From the human T2T-CHM13v2.0 reference genome, Homo sapiens: a DNA stretch of 64,000 nt. Below the pieces are notes generated by a model that worked only from the letters and a program-made list of their open reading frames with translations, had not been told where the DNA came from and did no database searches. Positions 1-20,397 of the stretch are shown one piece after another (positions within the stretch are counted from its first letter, which is position 1; each line of letters begins with the position of its first letter). Both the position numbers and the translations under genes were made by a program. Where the stretch lies: the NCBI RefSeq assembly GCF_009914755.1, contig NC_060932.1. One strand, written 5' to 3'.

Positions 1-3000
1 TTAGAGACCTACAAAGAGACGTAGACTCCCACACAATAATAGTTGGAGACTTTTACACCCCACTGTCAATATTAGACAGATTAACGAGACAGAAAATTAA
101 CAAGGATATTCAGGACTTGAACTCAGCTCTGGACCAAGCAGACCTAATAGACATCTACAGAACTCTCAACCCCATACCAACAGAATATACAGTCTTCTCA
201 GCACCACATCACATTTATTCTAAAATTGACCACATAATTGAAAGTAAAACACTCCTCGGCAAACGCAAAAGAACAGAAATCACAACAAACAGTCTCTCAG
301 GCCACAGTGCAATCAAATTAGAACTCAGGAATAAGAAACTCACTCAAAACCGCACAACTGCATGGAAACTGAACAACCTGCTCCTGAATGACTACTGAGT
401 AAATAATGAAATTAAGGCAAAAATAAATAAGTTTTTTGAAACCAATGAGAACAAAGACACAACCTACCAGTATCTCTGGGACACAGCTAAAGCAGCGTTT
501 AGAGGGAAATTTATAGCACTAAATGCCCAAAGGAGAAAGCAGGAAAAATCTAGAATTGACACCCTAACATCACAATTAAAGAACTAGAGAAGTGAGAGCA
601 AACAAATTCAAAAGCCAGCAGAAGACAACAGATAACTAAGATCAGAGCAGAACTGAAGGAGGACACCAAAAAATCCTTCAAAAAATCAATGAATCAAGGA
701 GCTGGTTTTTGAAAAGATCAACAAAATAGCTAGACCACTAGCCAGACTAATAAAGAAGAAAAGACAGGAGAATCAAATAGACACAATAAAAAATTATAAA
801 GCAGATATCACCACTGATCCCACAGAAATACAAACTACCATCAGAGAATATTATAAACACCTCTACACAAATAAACTAGAAAATCTAGAAGAAACAGATA
901 AATTCCTGGACACATACACCCTCCCAAGACTAAATCAGGAAGAAGTCAAATCCCTGAATAGAACAATAACAAGTTCTAAAATTGAGGCAGTAATTAATAG
1001 CCTACCAACCAAAAAAAGGCCCAGGACCAGACAGATTCACAGCCTAATTCTACCAGAGGTACAAAGAGGAGCTGGTACCATTCCAAACAATAGAAACAAT
1101 AGAAAAAGAGGGACTCCTCCCTAACTCATTTTGAGTCCAGCATTATCCTGATACCAAAACCTGGCAGAGACACAACAAAAAAAGAAAATTTCAGGCCAAT
1201 ATCCCTGATGAACATCAATGCGAACATCCTCAATAAAATACTGGCAAACCGAATCCAGCAGCACATCAAAAAGCTTATCCACCACCATCAAGTCGGCTTC
1301 ATCCCTGGGATGCAAGGCTGGTTCAACATATGCAAATCAATAAACATAATCCATCACATAAACAGAACCAATGACGAAAACCACATGATTATCTCAATAG
1401 ATGCAGAAAAGGCCTTCAATAAAATTCAACACCCTTTCATGCTAAAAACTCTCAATAAACTAGGTATTGATGGAATGTATCTCAAAATAACAAGACCTAT
1501 TTATGACACACCCACAACCAATATCATGTTGAATGGACAAAAGCTGGAAGCATTCCCTTTGAAAACTGGCACAAGACAAGAATGCCGTCTCTTACCACTC
1601 CTATTCAACATAGTATTGGAAGTTCTGGCCAGGGCAATCAGGCAAGAGAAAGAAATAAATGGTATCCAAATAGGAAGAGAGAGAGTCAAATTATCTCTGT
1701 TTGCAGATGACATGATTGTATATTTAGAAAACCTCATCATCTCAGCCCAAAATCTCCTTAAGCTGATAAGCAACTTCAGCAAAGTCTCAGGATACAAAAT
1801 CAATGTGCAAAAATCACAAGCATTCCTATACACCAAGAACAGACAAAAAGAGAGCCAAATCATGAGTGAACTCCCATTCACAATTGCTTCAAAGAGAATA
1901 AAATACCTAGAAATACAACTTACAAGGGATGTGAAGGACCTCTTCAAGGAGAACTACAAACCACTGCTCAAGGAAATAAGGGAGGACACAAACAAATGGA
2001 AAAACAATCCATGCTCATGGATAGGAAGAATCAATATCCTGAAAATGGCCATACTGCCCAAAGTAATTGATAGATTCAATGCCGTCCCCATCAAGCTACC
2101 ACTGACTTTCTTCACAGGAAAAAACTACTTTAAATTTCATATGGAACCAAAAAAGAGTTTGTATAGCCAAGACAATCCCAAGCAAAAAGAACAAAGCTGG
2201 AGGCATCACGCTACCTGACTTTAAACTATACTACAATGTTGTAGTAACCAAAACAGCATGGTACTGGTACCAAAACAGATATATAGACCAATGGAACAGA
2301 ACAGAGGCCTCAGAAATAACACCACACATCTACAACCATCTGATCTTTGACAAACCTGACAAAAACAAGCCATGGGGAAAGGATTCCCTATTTAATAAAT
2401 GGTGTTGGGAAAACTGGCTAGCCATATGCAGAAAACTGAAATTGGGTTCTCACTCATAGGTGGGAATTGAACAATGAAAACACTTGGACACAGGGTGGGG
2501 AACATCACACACCAGGGCCTGTCGTGGAGTTGGGGGGAGAGGGGAAGGATAGCATTAGGAGATATACCTAATGTAAATGATGAGTTAACGGGTGAAGCAT
2601 ACCAACATGGCACATGTATACATATGTAACAAACCTGCACGTTGTGCACATGTACCCTAGAACTTAAAGTATAATAATAAATAAATAAATAAATAAACAT
2701 AAAAATAAAATAAAAAAAGAAAACTGAAATTGGACCCCTTCCTTACACCTTATACAAAAGTTAAATCAAGATGGATTAAAGACTTAGACATAAGACCTAA
2801 AACCATAAAAACCCTAGAAGAAAACCCAGGCAATACCATTCAGGACATAGGCATGAGCAAAGACTTCATGACTAAAACACCAAAAGCAATGGTAATAAAA
2901 GCAAAAATTGACAAATGGGATCTAATTAAACTAAAGAACTTCTGCACAGCAAAAGAAACTATCATCAGAGTGAACAGGCAACCTACAGAATGGGAGAAAA

Positions 3001-3950
3001 TTTTTGCAACCTACTCATCTGACAAAGGGCTAATATCCAGAATCTACAAGGAAGTTAAACAAATTTACAAGAAAAAAACAAACAACCCCATCAAAAAGTG
3101 GGCAAAGGATACAAATAGACACTTCTCAAAAGAAAACATTTATGCAGCCAAAAGACACATGAAAAAAAGCTCATCATCACTGGTCGTTAGAGAAATGCAA
3201 ATCAAAACCACAATGAGATACCGTCTCATGCCAGTTAGAATGGCAATGATTAAAAAGTTAGGTAACAACAGATGCTGGAGAGGATGTGGAGAAATAGGAA
3301 TGCTTTTACACTGTTAGTGGGAGTGTAAATTAGTTCAATCATTGTGGGAGACAGTGTGATGATTCCTCAAGGATCTAGAACCAGAAATACCATTTGGCCC
3401 AGCAATCCCATTACTGGGTATATACCCAAAGGATTAGAAATCATTCTACTATAAAGACACATGTACACATATGTTTATTGAGGCACTGTTCACAGTAGCA
3501 AAGACTTGAACCAACCCAAATGCCCATCAATGATAGACTGGATAAAGAAAATGTGGCACATATACACCATGGAATTCTATGCAGCCATTAAACAGGATGA
3601 GTTCATGTCCTTTGCAGGGACATGGATGAAGCTGGAAACCGTCATTCTCAGCAAACTAACACAAGAACAGAAAACCAAAAACTGAATGTTCTCGCTCATA
3701 AGTGGGAATTAAACAATGAAAACACATGGACACAGGGAGAGGAACATCACACACTGGGGCCTGTCAGTGGATGGGGGACTAAGGGAGGGATAGCATTAGG
3801 AGAAATACTTAATGTAGATGACGGATTGATGGGTGCAGCAAACCACTATGGCACGTGTATACCTATGTACCTATGTAACAAACCTTCAGGTTTTGCACAT
3901 GTGTCCCAGAACTTAAAGTATAATTTAAAAAATAAAAATAAATAAAATAA
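1..3950 (+). mobile_element. L1PA (L1PA7-like) LINE-1 3' portion: decayed ORF2 (end of EN, RT, Cys-rich C-terminus), 3'UTR and A-tail; continues past window start
   Basis: ORFs 117-398, 1208-2218 (RT with [11 protein letters not shown]) and 2730-3317 are ORF2 fragments broken by stops and frameshifts. L1 3'UTR ends in CCCAGAACTTAAAGTATAAT plus an A-rich tail at ~3905-3950. Confidence 0.95.
2446..2717 (+). mobile_element. 5'-truncated younger L1PA (L1PA4/5-like) 3'UTR nested in host L1 ORF2
   Basis: Second L1 3'UTR plus A-tail, flanked by a perfect 16-bp TSD AGAAAACTGAAATTGG (2430-2445 and 2718-2733). Confidence 0.93.
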
Positions 3951-4962
3951 TTAGAACAAAGTCCAGCAGTATAGAGAATTAGGTAATAATCAATAGGAAC
4001 AGACAAATCTAATGTTGAAATAGAATAATAGATCCAGAAATTAATTCTAAAGTCTTATTTATGGTTCTTTAATGTGTCCTTGATATTAGCTTGCAATTAG
4101 CTCCATCAAGTGATAGTATCCAACGTAAAATGGGCTTAGCAATTTCTTGCTTCTCATGCTGCTTTTATATCTCTCTTCTTTCACATTCTTGGAGTCCCCA
4201 ACAACAGGGCAGAGGCTGAAGGGCACAGATCTTTTGTGTCGTATGGCTTGGCCTCCATTGAAGTAGGTGAGGGTGACCATCCCTGGTACGGAAAGACAGG
4301 TCCGGGCAGGCCACAGTCTGGCTCTCCTGCCTGGCTTCCTGGGAATAATTGAGCAATTGCTCTGTACCAGGCGGGGTTCTGAATGCTTCCACGTCCCAAT
4401 TTCAATCACTTCTGCAAGGTGACGCAGCTAGGAAAGATGTGACTCAGGCCACTCTGGCATCCAGGACTCACCTCCTCTTCTGACCTCTCGTCAGCCTGCT
4501 GTATTAGCTGGGCCGCCCTTCCCATGTTGACCTCCTCCCATATCTGAGCGTTGGCCTCACAGGCAGCGTCATGAAGCTGCCACCATCCCTGTCCCCCTTT
4601 GGTTCAGGCCACAGGGATGCCTGGAGCTGGGAACGGCCCTGCGTAGCACTGACTGCAGAGTCTTCAGTGCGTGTGTCTCTGTCTCCTTTACTGAACTGTG
4701 AGCGCCTAAGGAGGGGCCTTCCATCTGCTAGTTTATCCCTGGAATGTATCTCAATGCTTGGCAGAGGATAAGCGTTACATGTTGGATACATTAATTGATC
4801 CTAAGATTCTAAGCACTAAATTTTACGAGAAGTAGCAAAAATGACCTGAATGTAGTCGCACTGTATCTTTTCAATGATCCAAACAGCTGACTCCCTGGGC
4901 TTACGCCTTCATAACGCTGGAACCCCCTCCCGCCCGCTTTGTTCCTCTCCCTCTTGCAGCAG

Positions 4963-5108
4963 ATGGGATCAGAGCGGATGGAGATGCGGAAGCGGCAGAT
5001 GCCCGCCGCCCAGGACACACCAGGCGCCGCCCCAGGCCAGCCCGGAGCGGGGAGTCGCGGGTCCAACGCATGCTGCTTCTGCTGGTGCTGCTGTTGTAGC
5101 TGCTCGTG
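4963..5108 (+). CDS. RGS20: RGS20 coding exon with RGSZ1 start and Cys string (MGSERMEMRKRQ...NACCFCWCCCCSCS)
   Basis: Pyrimidine tract, CAGCAG acceptor (4957-4962), ATG 4963, donor TG|GTAAGG at 5109. The Cys string is typical of the RZ-family RGS proteins. Confidence 0.95.
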
Positions 5109-7180
5109 GTAAGGTTTGGGGCTTTTTAATGAATGTGCTCCTGACTGGGAAGTGTAATGTGCTCCTGACTGGGACGTGGCACCCCTGAAAGTGGTGGCAG
5201 CTTATGGTTAATTCAATAAGTGTTTTTTAAGCAACTACTATATGCCTGACACACAGGGACACCCAAGAAATAACAACAGGCTGCATCTGTCTAGCTCTCA
5301 AGGGGTTTATGCTCAGATCCCTCAAATCAGGCCAACGTGTGTTAAACAACTAAAGAACAACCTCAGGCGGTTCACGATTGACTATCAACATTTGGGCAGA
5401 AATGGTTAGAAAGAATTGGACTCGAGGCACTCCTGTGGTAATGAAGGCTTAGGATCTAAGATAGGTGTTAAAGGTTAGGGCGATGAAGTAGAGGGAGCCT
5501 GGATTTTACCTTCTGCTGCTTCCATTTCATAAATTTTGTTTTGTAATAAAGAGAAATGTCAAAATATGTGTTTTAAAGAGAGAGAAATATTAAAATATAT
5601 GCTAACTTACCGGGTAGAGGAAGACACACAGACAGTCATTGCTTTAAAAAGGAAAGAAACGACTTGAATGTAAAACATCTGTGACCCTTTGAGTAGCTGT
5701 TAAAGGTCTGGAGAAAAGGAGATAATTTACACCTAAAAATCATGGGAACTTTAGGTTACATCTTTGGAATCTTGGATATGAAAAGTGCTTAGTGCCAGCC
5801 AAGTTTGTGAACCACTTTCAGCAATCAAATCATCCTAAATTTATGTAGGCTTGGCAGTAAGTTAGACCAAGACCTCACTGTCTGCTGGAAGAGAAGAAAA
5901 ACTGATAATGGACTGATCACGAACCGTGAAATGGAACTAACAGAACTGATCCCTGGGGAGGAGAGTGGAGTTGAAAATGAAATGCCCGGGGAAGTTTGGT
6001 GGCTCCTGCCCAACTCAGGCTAGTATTCATTTCCAAGAAGTTCCAATCTGGTGGAAGGGACACAGCAATAGAACATCCACCAAGGGGATCCCGATACCGA
6101 TGGTCTCTTCATTCCCACAGCAAGAGGAAACGTGGCCATGGGGCTGACAAGAGCTAGGCAGTGTCAAGGTGAGACTTCAGCCCCTGGTAGGAATCTGGAC
6201 AGCTCTGCAGGAAGCCAGAGGAGAGGCGCTGGTGGTGGGCAGAGGAAACACGTGGGTGTCCAGGGCCTGCCCTAAAGGAGGAAGACACCAGTGATGGCCA
6301 GACTGCATTTAGGGGCCTATATTCTCACTCTGCCAGTAGGTCTCAGTGGGGAAATGAGACCATCCTCCTAGAGATGTGCAGGATGTCCAGGTGCAGGTGA
6401 GACTCCAGCTGACGTTCAAACCTTCCGCTCCCTCCTTTCTCTGCTGCCTCACGCAGGGTGTGGGAGGCGGCTGACATGCTGACCTGAACAACGTATTGTC
6501 CCGGGATAGTGTAAGGCTAGAGGGCGGGGCAGGTCCCAGAGCAGGCTCCTCCTACAGGTAACAAGTAGGACGAATAAAATAAGTATCTGTACCTAAGACA
6601 CTATCATCACCATCATAGCCAACACTTCTGTAGTACTTAGGTGTGTGTAGAAGAGACAATAGAGCAATATCTTCAAAGTGCTGGAGAAAAGTAACTGAAA
6701 ACTCCGTCAAACCATAATTCAAGAGTGTGGGTAAAATAAGACATTCTCAGACATACGAAGGCCAACCGAGTTTACTGCCTGCAAACCTAAAAGAACCGAA
6801 GAAAGGGCCTACTTCAGAGGAAAAAAAGGGAACCCAGAGGAAAGACTCAGGAAACAAGTAACAATCATAGATACAACGGGGTCAAATATTGATATAAAAT
6901 GTGGCAATGAATTTTGTGTTAAAAAGTGTGAAACCAAAGCTGTAAACAATCTCATGTCAATGACATACAATCAAATAATTCAGACTTTCTTAGAAAAAAT
7001 TATTAAAAGAAAATTTTCTTTCAAAAGTAATGTTATTCATAATTAGTCCAAAAATACACCCTATAGTTTTAACATCAGTGAAAGACAATAAATCTAGAAA
7101 ACCTTACCAACACGTGATAAAAGTGACATCAGCAAAGGAGAAAATGAACTATTCAGTAAATAGCAGGATACTTGGTATTT

Positions 7181-7290
7181 GGGTACCAACTCATCCCCAC
7201 TGATAGGACTTTCTCAGTTTTAGCACTGAAAGGTCCCATAGCCCAGAAAACCTGAAAACCCTAGGCAAACCAGGAAAATTGGTCATCCTG
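7181..7290. mobile_element. MER81-like hAT MITE
   Basis: GGGTACCAACTC...TTTTAGCACTGAAAG...TTGGTCATCCTG matches the recalled MER81 pattern with short TIRs. Confidence 0.7.
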
Positions 7291-7375
7291 CTTGGTATCC
7301 AAATATATAAAAATGTATTTATATTCCTACATAGCACCATATACAAAAATCAATTCCCACCTTAAAAAAAAGATC

Positions 7376-8392
<1,017 letters not shown>

Positions 8393-9380
8393 TCATATGC
8401 TAGAGGGAAAAAAAATTATAAAGCAATACATGTTACATAATTACATTTATACTATGTTTAAAAATATGTTTATGAATATAATATAGTAGCATAATTATGA
8501 ATCGGAATGGTAAACAGTAAGTTAAAAATGGTGGCTCTCTCTAGGGTAAAGAGAGGAAGAAATGAGATGGGGAAAAGTACACAGCAAACTTCAACTGTTT
8601 TAATAGTGAATTTCCTTGTTTTTTTTCACCACACTTTTGAGATTTATCCATATTAATATACATAGTCAAGTCAATTTTCAAGAAAAGTAAATGGCAATTT
8701 CTTTTCTAAGTACTTGTGAATCTTTCTCAACATTTTGCTGTAAGGCCTTCTGGTATTTAGTGTTATAAGGGAAGGCATGCTGATTCTTGTTCAGTTGAAT
8801 ATAAAGTTTTTTTCCTTTCTAGTAAGTTTTCTCTTTATCACTCAAAATTTTACCAAAATATATCTGGCCATGGGTCTTCTTTTACTGAAACTTCCTAAAA
8901 CACAGCGAGCAACTATCTTGGCTACTATAGACATCTTCTAGGTCTGCTGTAACAATAACAGTGGACCGAGGTAAAGAAAACTTCACAAAAAAAAATTCTT
9001 CTCTTTTTCAAAACCACATTGTCTCTTTAAAACATTCTTACTTGAAATGAGGGAAAAAGTATATCAAAGCTGAAATAAGTTTGCATTATTTAGTTTGCAG
9101 TACAGCTTCTGGTTCTCTGAGGAATCTCCTGTCAAATTCATCTCTTTTTTCCTCTGCTTTTTCATACCCACTGAGCAGTAATGTGTTTTGCTTACAAAAG
9201 AAGCCTCGGAAGTCATGCAGAGAGCGTACCACTCAGATGCCTCTCAAGTTTTTTTTGGTTGGATTTTTTTTTAAAGAAGCCATTATTTACTGAAACTATT
9301 TAGCCCTGACATCATGAAAGAAAGAAGTCAAAAGGGTTCCTGCATTTCTAATGATTTTGCCTTTAAAGAAAAATAGAGCT

Positions 9381-9408
9381 ACACACACACACACACACAC
9401 ACACACAC
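9381..9408. repeat. (AC)n microsatellite
   Basis: 14 AC units, seen directly. Confidence 0.95.
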
Positions 9409-9645
9409 TGAAAATTTATAAAACAGTTGTGCTAAAAACAGGCTGAAAAACTTTTATAAAATAAAGAGTGTTAAGAAAAGATATAATAAAGAATATAGAA
9501 AATACAGTAGCAACAAGATAAAGAAAACCCAAATTGTCAGTGATAAAATCCATTTTCATGTTGATGGGATGCTGAAAGCATTCCTGCAAAAATCATGAAT
9601 AAGGCAAAATGTCCACAATCTCTACTACTATTTAACAATGTATTT

Positions 9646-9940
9646 GGCCAGGCGCGATGGCTCACGCCTGTAATCCCAACACTTTGGGAGGCCGAGGCGG
9701 GCAGATCACAAGGTCAGCAATTCAAGACCAGCAGGACCAACATAGTGAAACCCCGTCTCTACTAAAAATACAAAAATTAGCTGGGTGTGGTGGTGCGCGC
9801 CTGTAGTCCCAGCTACTCAGGAGGCTGAGGGAGGAGAATCACTTAAACCCGGGAGGCGGAGGTTGTAGGGAGCTGAGATCACGCCATTGCACTCCAGCCT
9901 GGGAGACAGAGCAAGACCCCGTTTCAAAAAAAAAAAAAAA
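9646..9940 (+). mobile_element. AluS
   Basis: Full-length dimeric Alu with A-tail. Confidence 0.93.
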
Positions 9941-10149
9941 GTATTTTAGGTGTTAGCTAATTAGACAAGAAAATTAGAGGCCTGAGAATTGGAAATAGGT
10001 AAAATTCTTCCTATTTGCAGATGAAACCCGAAGAGAATTATAGCTATAACTGATACAAATACAGAAGAATTCAGAAATAAGAAGGATATAAAATTATCAT
10101 TAAAATAATACTCTGTAGGCTTCAGGTCTTAAAATGAAGAACACTTCCA

Positions 10150-11767
<1,618 letters not shown>

Positions 11768-12053
11768 TAATGAATGTTTTTATTTAAAAAATCATTATTC
11801 TAAGTATAATTGAACACAATAATTTCTAACTCTTTCTCAATAGTAGAAACCACAACGTTTATTTATATTTCTAGTACCTTATTGTCACACTTTTGGTTTG
11901 CTTGGGAAAACTAACTGGGGTCATTTTTTTTTCCAAGTAGAGGAAGAAATTCTATTAATACTTGGGGATCTGAAGTTCTCTTTAAAGTATTTGTAAAAAA
12001 TCTTTTCTTGGCAGGGACTGAGCTGTCAACATGTGAATGTCTTTTTTTTGCAG

Positions 12054-12137
12054 TCTCACTGTTAGAAACCAGGAAGATCAGAGGCCCACAATAGCTTCCC
12101 ACGAACTCAGAGCAGATCTTCCAACCTGGGAAGAAAG
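12054..12137 (+). CDS. RGS20: RGS20 coding exon (C|LTVRNQEDQRPTIASHELRADLPTWEES)
   Basis: TTTTTTTTGCAG acceptor, AG|GTGAAA donor, 84 bp, phase 2/2 continuous with flanking exons. Confidence 0.93.
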
Positions 12138-12445
12138 GTGAAATCACACGTTTTTTTTACCTCACTAAACTAACAGAAATACTAACCTCTTTCTTTTCTT
12201 TGCCTTGTATGTTTCAACAGAACACATACTTTCTCTAACTGTAATTTAGTAATATCCAATCATTATGTGGCCTCGCATTCCTCCCCTGCAGAATTCCATT
12301 TAATTCATCGTGTGACAGGGAGAGAAATCAGTTCCATTATTAGTCTAATCCCTTTGCTAATTGCAAATACAAATAGATTCTTCCTAACAAAACATATTAT
12401 GTTATTTTATTTTTATATAATATACTTTTAAAAATAAAAGTATAT

Positions 12446-14715
12446 CATATAATTTTATATAAGATATAGCATATATATTTATATATACTATATATAAAAT
12501 ACAGCATATATACTTATATATGCTATATATATGATATAGTATATATATTTATACACGCTATATAAGATATAGCATATTTATACACGCTATATAAGATATA
12601 GCATATTTATTTATACATGCTATATAAGATATAGCATATTTATTTATACATGCTATATAAGATATAGCATATATATTTATACATGCTATATAAGATATAG
12701 TATATATATTATATATGCTATATATAAGATAGTATATATATTATATATGCTATATATAAGATATAGTACATTTATATGCTATATATAAGATATAGTACAT
12801 TTATATATGCTATATATGATATAGTATATACATTTATATATGCTATATATAAGATATAGTATATACATTTATATATGCTATATAGGATATAGTATATACA
12901 TTTATATATGCTATATAGGATATAGTATATACATTTATATATGCTATATAGGATATAGTATATACATTTATATATGCTATATAGGATATAGTACATACAT
13001 TTATATATGCTATATATAGGATATAGTACATACATTTATATATGCTATATATAGGATATAGTACATACATTTATATATGCTATATATAGGATATAGTACA
13101 TACATTTATATATGCTATATATAGGATATAGTACATACATTTATATATGCTATATATAGGATATAGTACATACATTTATATATGCTATATATAGGATATA
13201 GTATATACATTTATATATGCTATATATAGGATATAGTATATACATTTATATATGCTATATATAAGATGTAGTATATATATGCTATATATATGATATAGTA
13301 TATATATTTACATATGCTATATATATAAGATATAGTATATATATTTACATATGCTATATATAAGATAGTATATATATTTATATATGCTATATATATGATA
13401 GTATATATACTATATATAAGTATATATGCTATATGTAGGATATAGTATATATATTTATATATGCTATATATAAGATGTAGTATATATATGCTATATATAA
13501 GATGTAGTATATATATGCTATATATATGATATAGTATATATATTTATATATGCTATATATATGATATAGTATATATATTTACATATGCTATATATAAGAT
13601 AGTATATATATTTATATATGCTATATATATGATAGTATATATACTATATGTAAGTTATAGTATATATATTTATATATACGATATATGATACAGTATATAT
13701 ACATATGCTATATATAAGACAGTATATATTTATATATGCTATATATAAGACACAGTATATATTTATATATGCTATATATAAGATACAGTATATATTTATA
13801 TATGCTATATATAAGATACAGTATATATTTACATATGCTATATATGATACAGTATATATTTACATATGCTATATATGATACAGTATATATTTACATATGC
13901 TATATATGATACAGTATATATTTACATATGCTATATATGATACAGTATATATTTACATATGCTATATATGATACAGTATATATTTACATATGCTATATAT
14001 AAGATACAGTATATATTTACATATGCTATATAAGATACAGTACATATTTACATATGCTATATAAGATACAGTACATATTTACATATGCTATATAAGATAC
14101 AGTACATATTTACATATGCTATATAAGATACAGTACATATTTACATATGCTATATAAGATACAGTACATATTTACATATGCTATATAAGATACAGTACAT
14201 ATTTACATATGCTATATAAGATACAGTACATATTTACATATGCTATATAAGATACAGTATATATTTATATATGCTATATAAGATACAGTATATATTTATA
14301 TATGCTATATAAGATACAGTATATATTTATATATGCTATATAAGATACAGTATATATTTATATATGCTATATAAGATACAGTATATATTTATATATGCTA
14401 TATAAGATACAGTATATATTTATATATGCTATATAAGATACAGTATATATTTATATATACTATATATAAGATACAGTATATATTTATATATACTATATAT
14501 AAGATACAGTATATATTTATATATACTATATATAAGATACAGTATATATTTATATATACTATATATAAGATACAGTATATATTTATATATACTATATATA
14601 AGATACAGTATATATTTATATATACTATATATAAGATACAGTATATATTTATATATACTATATATAAGATACAGTATATATTTATATATACTATATATAA
14701 GATACAGTATATATA
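12446..14715. repeat. AT-rich minisatellite (VNTR), units of ~31-35 bp such as ATACAGTATATATTTACATATGCTATATATG
   Basis: Tandem units in homogeneous blocks; they produce the periodic ORFs at 12772-13070 and 14398-14755. Confidence 0.95.
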
Positions 14716-14827
14716 TTTATTGGTCATTTACAAAAACTTGGATTTAAACATTTGAAAATATATATCCTTCTCAAGCAAACATGAAACAGTTATATTTTAA
14801 AAATAAAAGTATATTATATAATATACG

Positions 14828-15550
<723 letters not shown>

Positions 15551-15726
15551 TAAGAAATGACCTGGAAGATTTGAAAAGAAATAAAATAGAAGTTTTAAAA
15601 ATCAAATATTATTGTTCAAATTTTAAAAAAATTGATGATTGAAATAGAAGATTAGATACAACTAAATAAATAATTAGTGAACCTGAAGGTATCCAAAAAG
15701 ACCCACGTAACAAGGAGATTGAAATA

Positions 15727-15955
15727 CAGTTTGAGTTTCCCTTATCCAAAATGCTTGGAACTAGAAATGTCTCAGATTTCAGATTTTTTCAGATTTCGGA
15801 ATATTTGCATTATACTTACCAGTTGAACATCCCAAATCCAAAACTTCAAATTATTCCAATGAGCATTTCCTTTGAGTGTCATGTCAATGCTCAAAAAGTT
15901 TCAGATTTTGGAGCAATATGGATTTTAGATTTTTGAATTTTGGATGTTCAACCTA
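15727..15955. mobile_element. Tigger4a/MER46A-like DNA transposon
   Basis: TA-CAGTTTGAGTTTCCCTTATCC...GGATGTTCAACCTA-TA; ~230 bp, TIRs and TA flanks. Confidence 0.8.
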
Positions 15956-15995
15956 TATAAAAATAAGTTAAAATAAATGGAGGATAGAATGATAA

Positions 15996-18928
<2,933 letters not shown>

Positions 18929-19471
18929 GTGTTCATTTTGTTGTCACCTTTGGACAGTACAGCGGTGGCATTTATAACTTGCATTTATACTACATATATT
19001 CTCTTTCTCAAATATTATATAATTTTAAAATATATTAAACAGACACTTGCTCTATTGTTCCAGAGGTTTAATGTTGTCAAATCTGACTTAGTTCTGTCGT
19101 AGTACAGAACTCATCACAGATGATTAGGAAGTTTTGGGTCAGATGGTTGCAGGATTTTTCTTTACATTTACAGTTTTTAAAATATTTCAAGATGTGCCCA
19201 TTTGTAAACAAGCATGTTCTTAGCATTTATTCTAGCAACTTGGTTTGCAAGCCTTTTGGTATGCAATCCAGCAAAAAATTTGAAAGTATCATATTCATGT
19301 GTTTTTCCCAAAGGTTTGAGGAAATGAGAACAGTTCTTTCCCTTCCTAAAAGGGCCTAAATGCATATATTTTTCATTCTTGGAGGAGGAAAAGATATGTT
19401 CCTAATGATGAATTCCAATTAACTACCACTAACAGTTCCCTTTTGCCCCCTCTCTTTTGGTCTCCACGAAG

Positions 19472-19706
19472 CCCTGCTCCTACTCTGGAAGAAGTCAACG
19501 CCTGGGCTCAGTCATTTGACAAATTAATGGTCACTCCAGCAGGAAGGAATGCATTCCGTGAATTCCTCCGAACAGAATTCAGTGAGGAAAATATGCTCTT
19601 CTGGATGGCCTGTGAGGAACTGAAAAAGGAAGCTAATAAAAACATTATTGAAGAGAAAGCAAGGATAATCTATGAAGACTACATTTCTATACTTTCTCCT
19701 AAGGAG
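19472..19706 (+). CDS. RGS20: RGS20 coding exon, first part of RGS box (SPAPTLEEVNAWAQSFDKL...ISILSPKE)
   Basis: ORF 19443-19769 carries the RGS motif FREFLRTEFSEENMLFW. Acceptor CGAAG|C, donor GAG|GTATGT, 235 bp. Confidence 0.97.
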
Positions 19707-19747
19707 GTATGTGACCACGAGATGCCTTTTCCCAAGGCTGTTGGTAA

Positions 19748-20396
<649 letters not shown>

Positions 20397-20397
<1 letters not shown>

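Noticed and set aside
1208-2218. 336-aa reverse-transcriptase ORF as an active or novel RT system
   Set aside because: It is a fragment of L1 ORF2 in a decayed copy with stops, frameshifts and a nested insertion.
4086-4791. Cluster of overlapping short ORFs upstream of the RGS20 exon
   Set aside because: GC-richer intronic DNA with few stops; no homology or splice support.
12001-12053. Upstream alternative RGS20 acceptor TTTTCTTGGCAG, 39 nt before the exon
   Set aside because: It would read TGG GAC TGA (immediate stop), and nothing in the sequence indicates it is used.
12446-14715. CRISPR-like array or repeat-protein genes (ORFs 12772-13070, 14398-14755)
   Set aside because: Head-to-tail minisatellite without unique spacers; the ORFs arise from 33-bp periodicity.
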